Position numbers and translations under genes: made by a program. From Callorhinchus milii (taxonomy: Eukaryota), in NCBI RefSeq assembly GCF_018977255.1, contig NW_024704743.1, forward strand, positions 97,464,001 through 97,528,000: a DNA stretch of 64,000 nucleotides. The letters run 5' to 3'. Under the pieces are notes generated by a model. That model had not been told where the DNA came from and ran no database searches. It saw only the letters and a program-made list of their open reading frames with translations. Positions 61,524-64,000 of this stretch are shown here, one piece after another. Within the stretch, counting starts at the first letter, position 1, and every line of letters begins with the position of its first letter.

Positions 61524-61817
61524 ATAATAATAATATTCCTTGCATTTGATATAGCGCTTTTCATATCTTCTAGATGTCCCAAAGCGCTTCACAGAATATA
61601 CTGTAAAGTGAATTGATTGTATATTTGTGGGCAAAACACAACAGCCAATTGCGCACAGCAATGTCCCATAAACAATCTTGGATTGAAGTGACCAATTTAT
61701 TATTGTTTTTTTCTTGAGAGATTAAGGAAACTTACCCAAGGTTTTGCCCTGCTGGGAATCAAACCCAGGTCTCTCACTTGCAAGGCTAGTGCTCTAACCA
61801 CTAAGCTACAGGACTCC
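61524..61817 (-). mobile_element. Full-length tRNA-derived SINE (older variant)
   Basis: Minus-strand head GGAGTCCTGTAGCTTAGTGGTTAGAGC, B box GGTTTGATTC, tail. Confidence 0.92.
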
Positions 61818-62035
61818 ACAGCTTATACAGTTCTCTTCAGGTAGGGTAGTGCCCAGACAATGATTGAGACAATGATATCTCAAAGTGCTTAACTCAATGT
61901 GAATTTTACACAACTCTACACATTTTTACTTTTTAAGACAAGTAGGATACATGGAATTTCGAGCCTTAGATGCAGCAAAAGATCAGGGAGATAAACTGGA
62001 AGTATTTAAATCAGAGGATTAAAAAAAACGCACAG

Positions 62036-62152
62036 ATAATAATAATAATAATCCTTGCATTTGATATCGCCCTTTTCACATCTTCTAGACATCTTAAAGC
62101 GCTTCACAGAATATACTGTAAAGTGAATTGACTGTATATTTGTGGGCGAAAC
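62036..62152 (-). mobile_element. 5'-truncated SINE
   Basis: SINE 3' end with (AAT)n. Similar pieces at 44633-44760, 55465-55650 and 63600-63740. Confidence 0.88.
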
Positions 62153-64000
62153 GCCCATTATCAGTGTGCAGGCTTTGTCTTTCAGCTCTGTCTAACCTCA
62201 GCCAAATGGTTTAGAGGACTGCTGATGTGTTGGTGACAAGGAACTGATCAAAACTGACGCTGAATGTAAGAAATAGGTTATACATTTGTAACACTGCTTG
62301 AAGCAGGAACATGATAGAGATAAGCCACTGTACAGGGTGTTTGCAAAGTCCTGTTATGTTTATTTTCCTGCAGTGCACTGACCAGTAACTGTAACGTGTG
62401 GAAGAATGATCAAATGATTATTATTATAATTATAATGTTGATAATTCTGTTTAGAAGTACTTAATTGTATTCAGAACACGTGCTTAACTGGAAAAAATGC
62501 GAAAAGCCATCACTAAGCTTACGAGTTATTCAAACGATTTATATTTATATGCAATAATAATTATTTATAACACTTTTCCTGTCGGGTTCAGACTGAAAGT
62601 TCCACATATGTATGGCACCTACACATGAGATTTTCCCTATTCCTGGAATGGGTTGTACACTCTGCTTGAGGGTCACTGCTTACCTAATTCCAATGTGGAT
62701 TTGGTGCAGGTTGGCAATGCTTGGGATCCTAGAGCATGTGTTGGGCACACTGCTTAAGTTTAACCAGCTAAAACATCATTTGGTAGCAGTCTTTCCTCTG
62801 AGTCAGAAGATTTTGGGTTCAAATCCCACAGAACTCACAAGCTTAGGCACACACTATACAATACAGTGTTGAGGGAGTGCTTCATTGCTGTTTGAGGGAC
62901 ATTATTGTGTGCAAACTCGCTGCCATGGTCGCAACAAATGCACGTTTGCTACACATTGTAGTAAATCCTGTGAAGCATTTGGAGACATTTCAACGATGTG
63001 ATATATCATGATCGTTTTGGTGGAATGAGCAGCAGCCATGCCTTGACTAGTAATTCATTACTAGCCTCTAAATTATGGGATTTGCAAAGCAATTCATGAA
63101 TAGTGACTCCTGAATGTATTACAGACTGATCCTATGGAAATCCTCTTGTTTCCCAATCTCAGTCGTGACTTCCGTGAAGTCAGCATCCAGGTAGAGGTTC
63201 ACAGAGTTGGCTTGATCCTTCTATGATTTGCTGGTTATAAATAGTTTGAGAATCTCACATTCTGTACCACAAGTACAAAATTAATTCTGCTTTTAAACAT
63301 CCAGCATAAAAAATATTTTCTTCTGATTATGGCCACAGAGATGTGAACACTAGCAATGAGTCCACACAAAAAAGTCTCTGTTATTTGACCTAGTCAAATG
63401 TGAAGCGAACATCAGCAAACAGTGGAAAATACATTTAAGAGATTAAACAAGTTTAAAAAAGCAGTAATGTGTTCTATCTACTGTGTTCAGTTAGACATAA
63501 ATACTTTTCTATCTTTCATAAGGAAATATTTGGTATTTTAGCAAGTTAAAGCATGGTGAATGTGAAATATTAATTTGATGCTTTAATTGAGTAGCAATGT
63601 AATTATAATAATCCTTGCATTTGATATAGCGCTCTTTACGTCTGCTGGATGTCTCAAAGTGCTTCACAGAATATACTGTAAAGTAAATTAACTGTATATT
63701 TGTGGGCAAAACACAGCAGACAATTGCGCACAGCAGTGTCCTGGGACATTGTGTGGGATGCTCTAATAATAGAGCATTATTATGGTCTTGGCAAAGTTAT
63801 CAGCTTAAGTAAGGTCAGTACCCCAGGCACACTGACAGCACTTACAAAGGCTCGGGGAAGAGGTGTATCCTGGAGGTAGCAGAAAAGGGCAATAGTTTTA
63901 TAATAACCAACAGCCACGTGGCTTCAAAGGCTGAATGAGGCCAGGAAAAGTTAGTTCATCAATTGGATTGAGATACCAGGAAACTTGCAATCGAACTTGG

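Noticed and set aside
8044-63740. Recurrent GGGACGTCCTCCCGACGTG palindromic motif as a CRISPR or REP-like repeat
   Set aside because: Irregularly spaced, on both strands, always part of SINE/L2 3' tails; eukaryotic context with no cas genes.

Overview
AT-rich, repeat-dense non-coding vertebrate DNA (large intron or gene desert), not prokaryotic. I found no supportable host protein-coding gene, RNA gene, operon or CRISPR array. The repeat set points to a cartilaginous fish, probably a holocephalan such as elephant shark; this is inferred from recalled repeat families, not from a search. It comprises a young tRNA-Ala-derived SINE with an L2-type tail, older Deu-domain SINEs, LmeSINE-like SINEs, many 5'-truncated CR1 and L2 LINEs, and Penelope-like remnants. 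The recognisable ORFs in the track are decayed LINE ORF2 pieces; the rest look like chance frames. Less obvious items read from the sequence: (1) a non-autonomous, possibly chimeric Helitron keeping a RepHel-like N-terminus (5937-6843); (2) a minimal hammerhead-ribozyme motif in a Penelope-like remnant (31541-31579); (3) a 33/34-bp hairpin exactly at the end of a local duplication (35928-36006); (4) a probable solo LTR (52606-53739); (5) a covarying 3' stem-loop shared by the SINE and L2; (6) two divergent L2 copies truncated at the same base just before YADD; (7) several fold-back elements and CNE-like repeat-free islands. Nothing here establishes a new biological system. Boundaries of old repeats are approximate.
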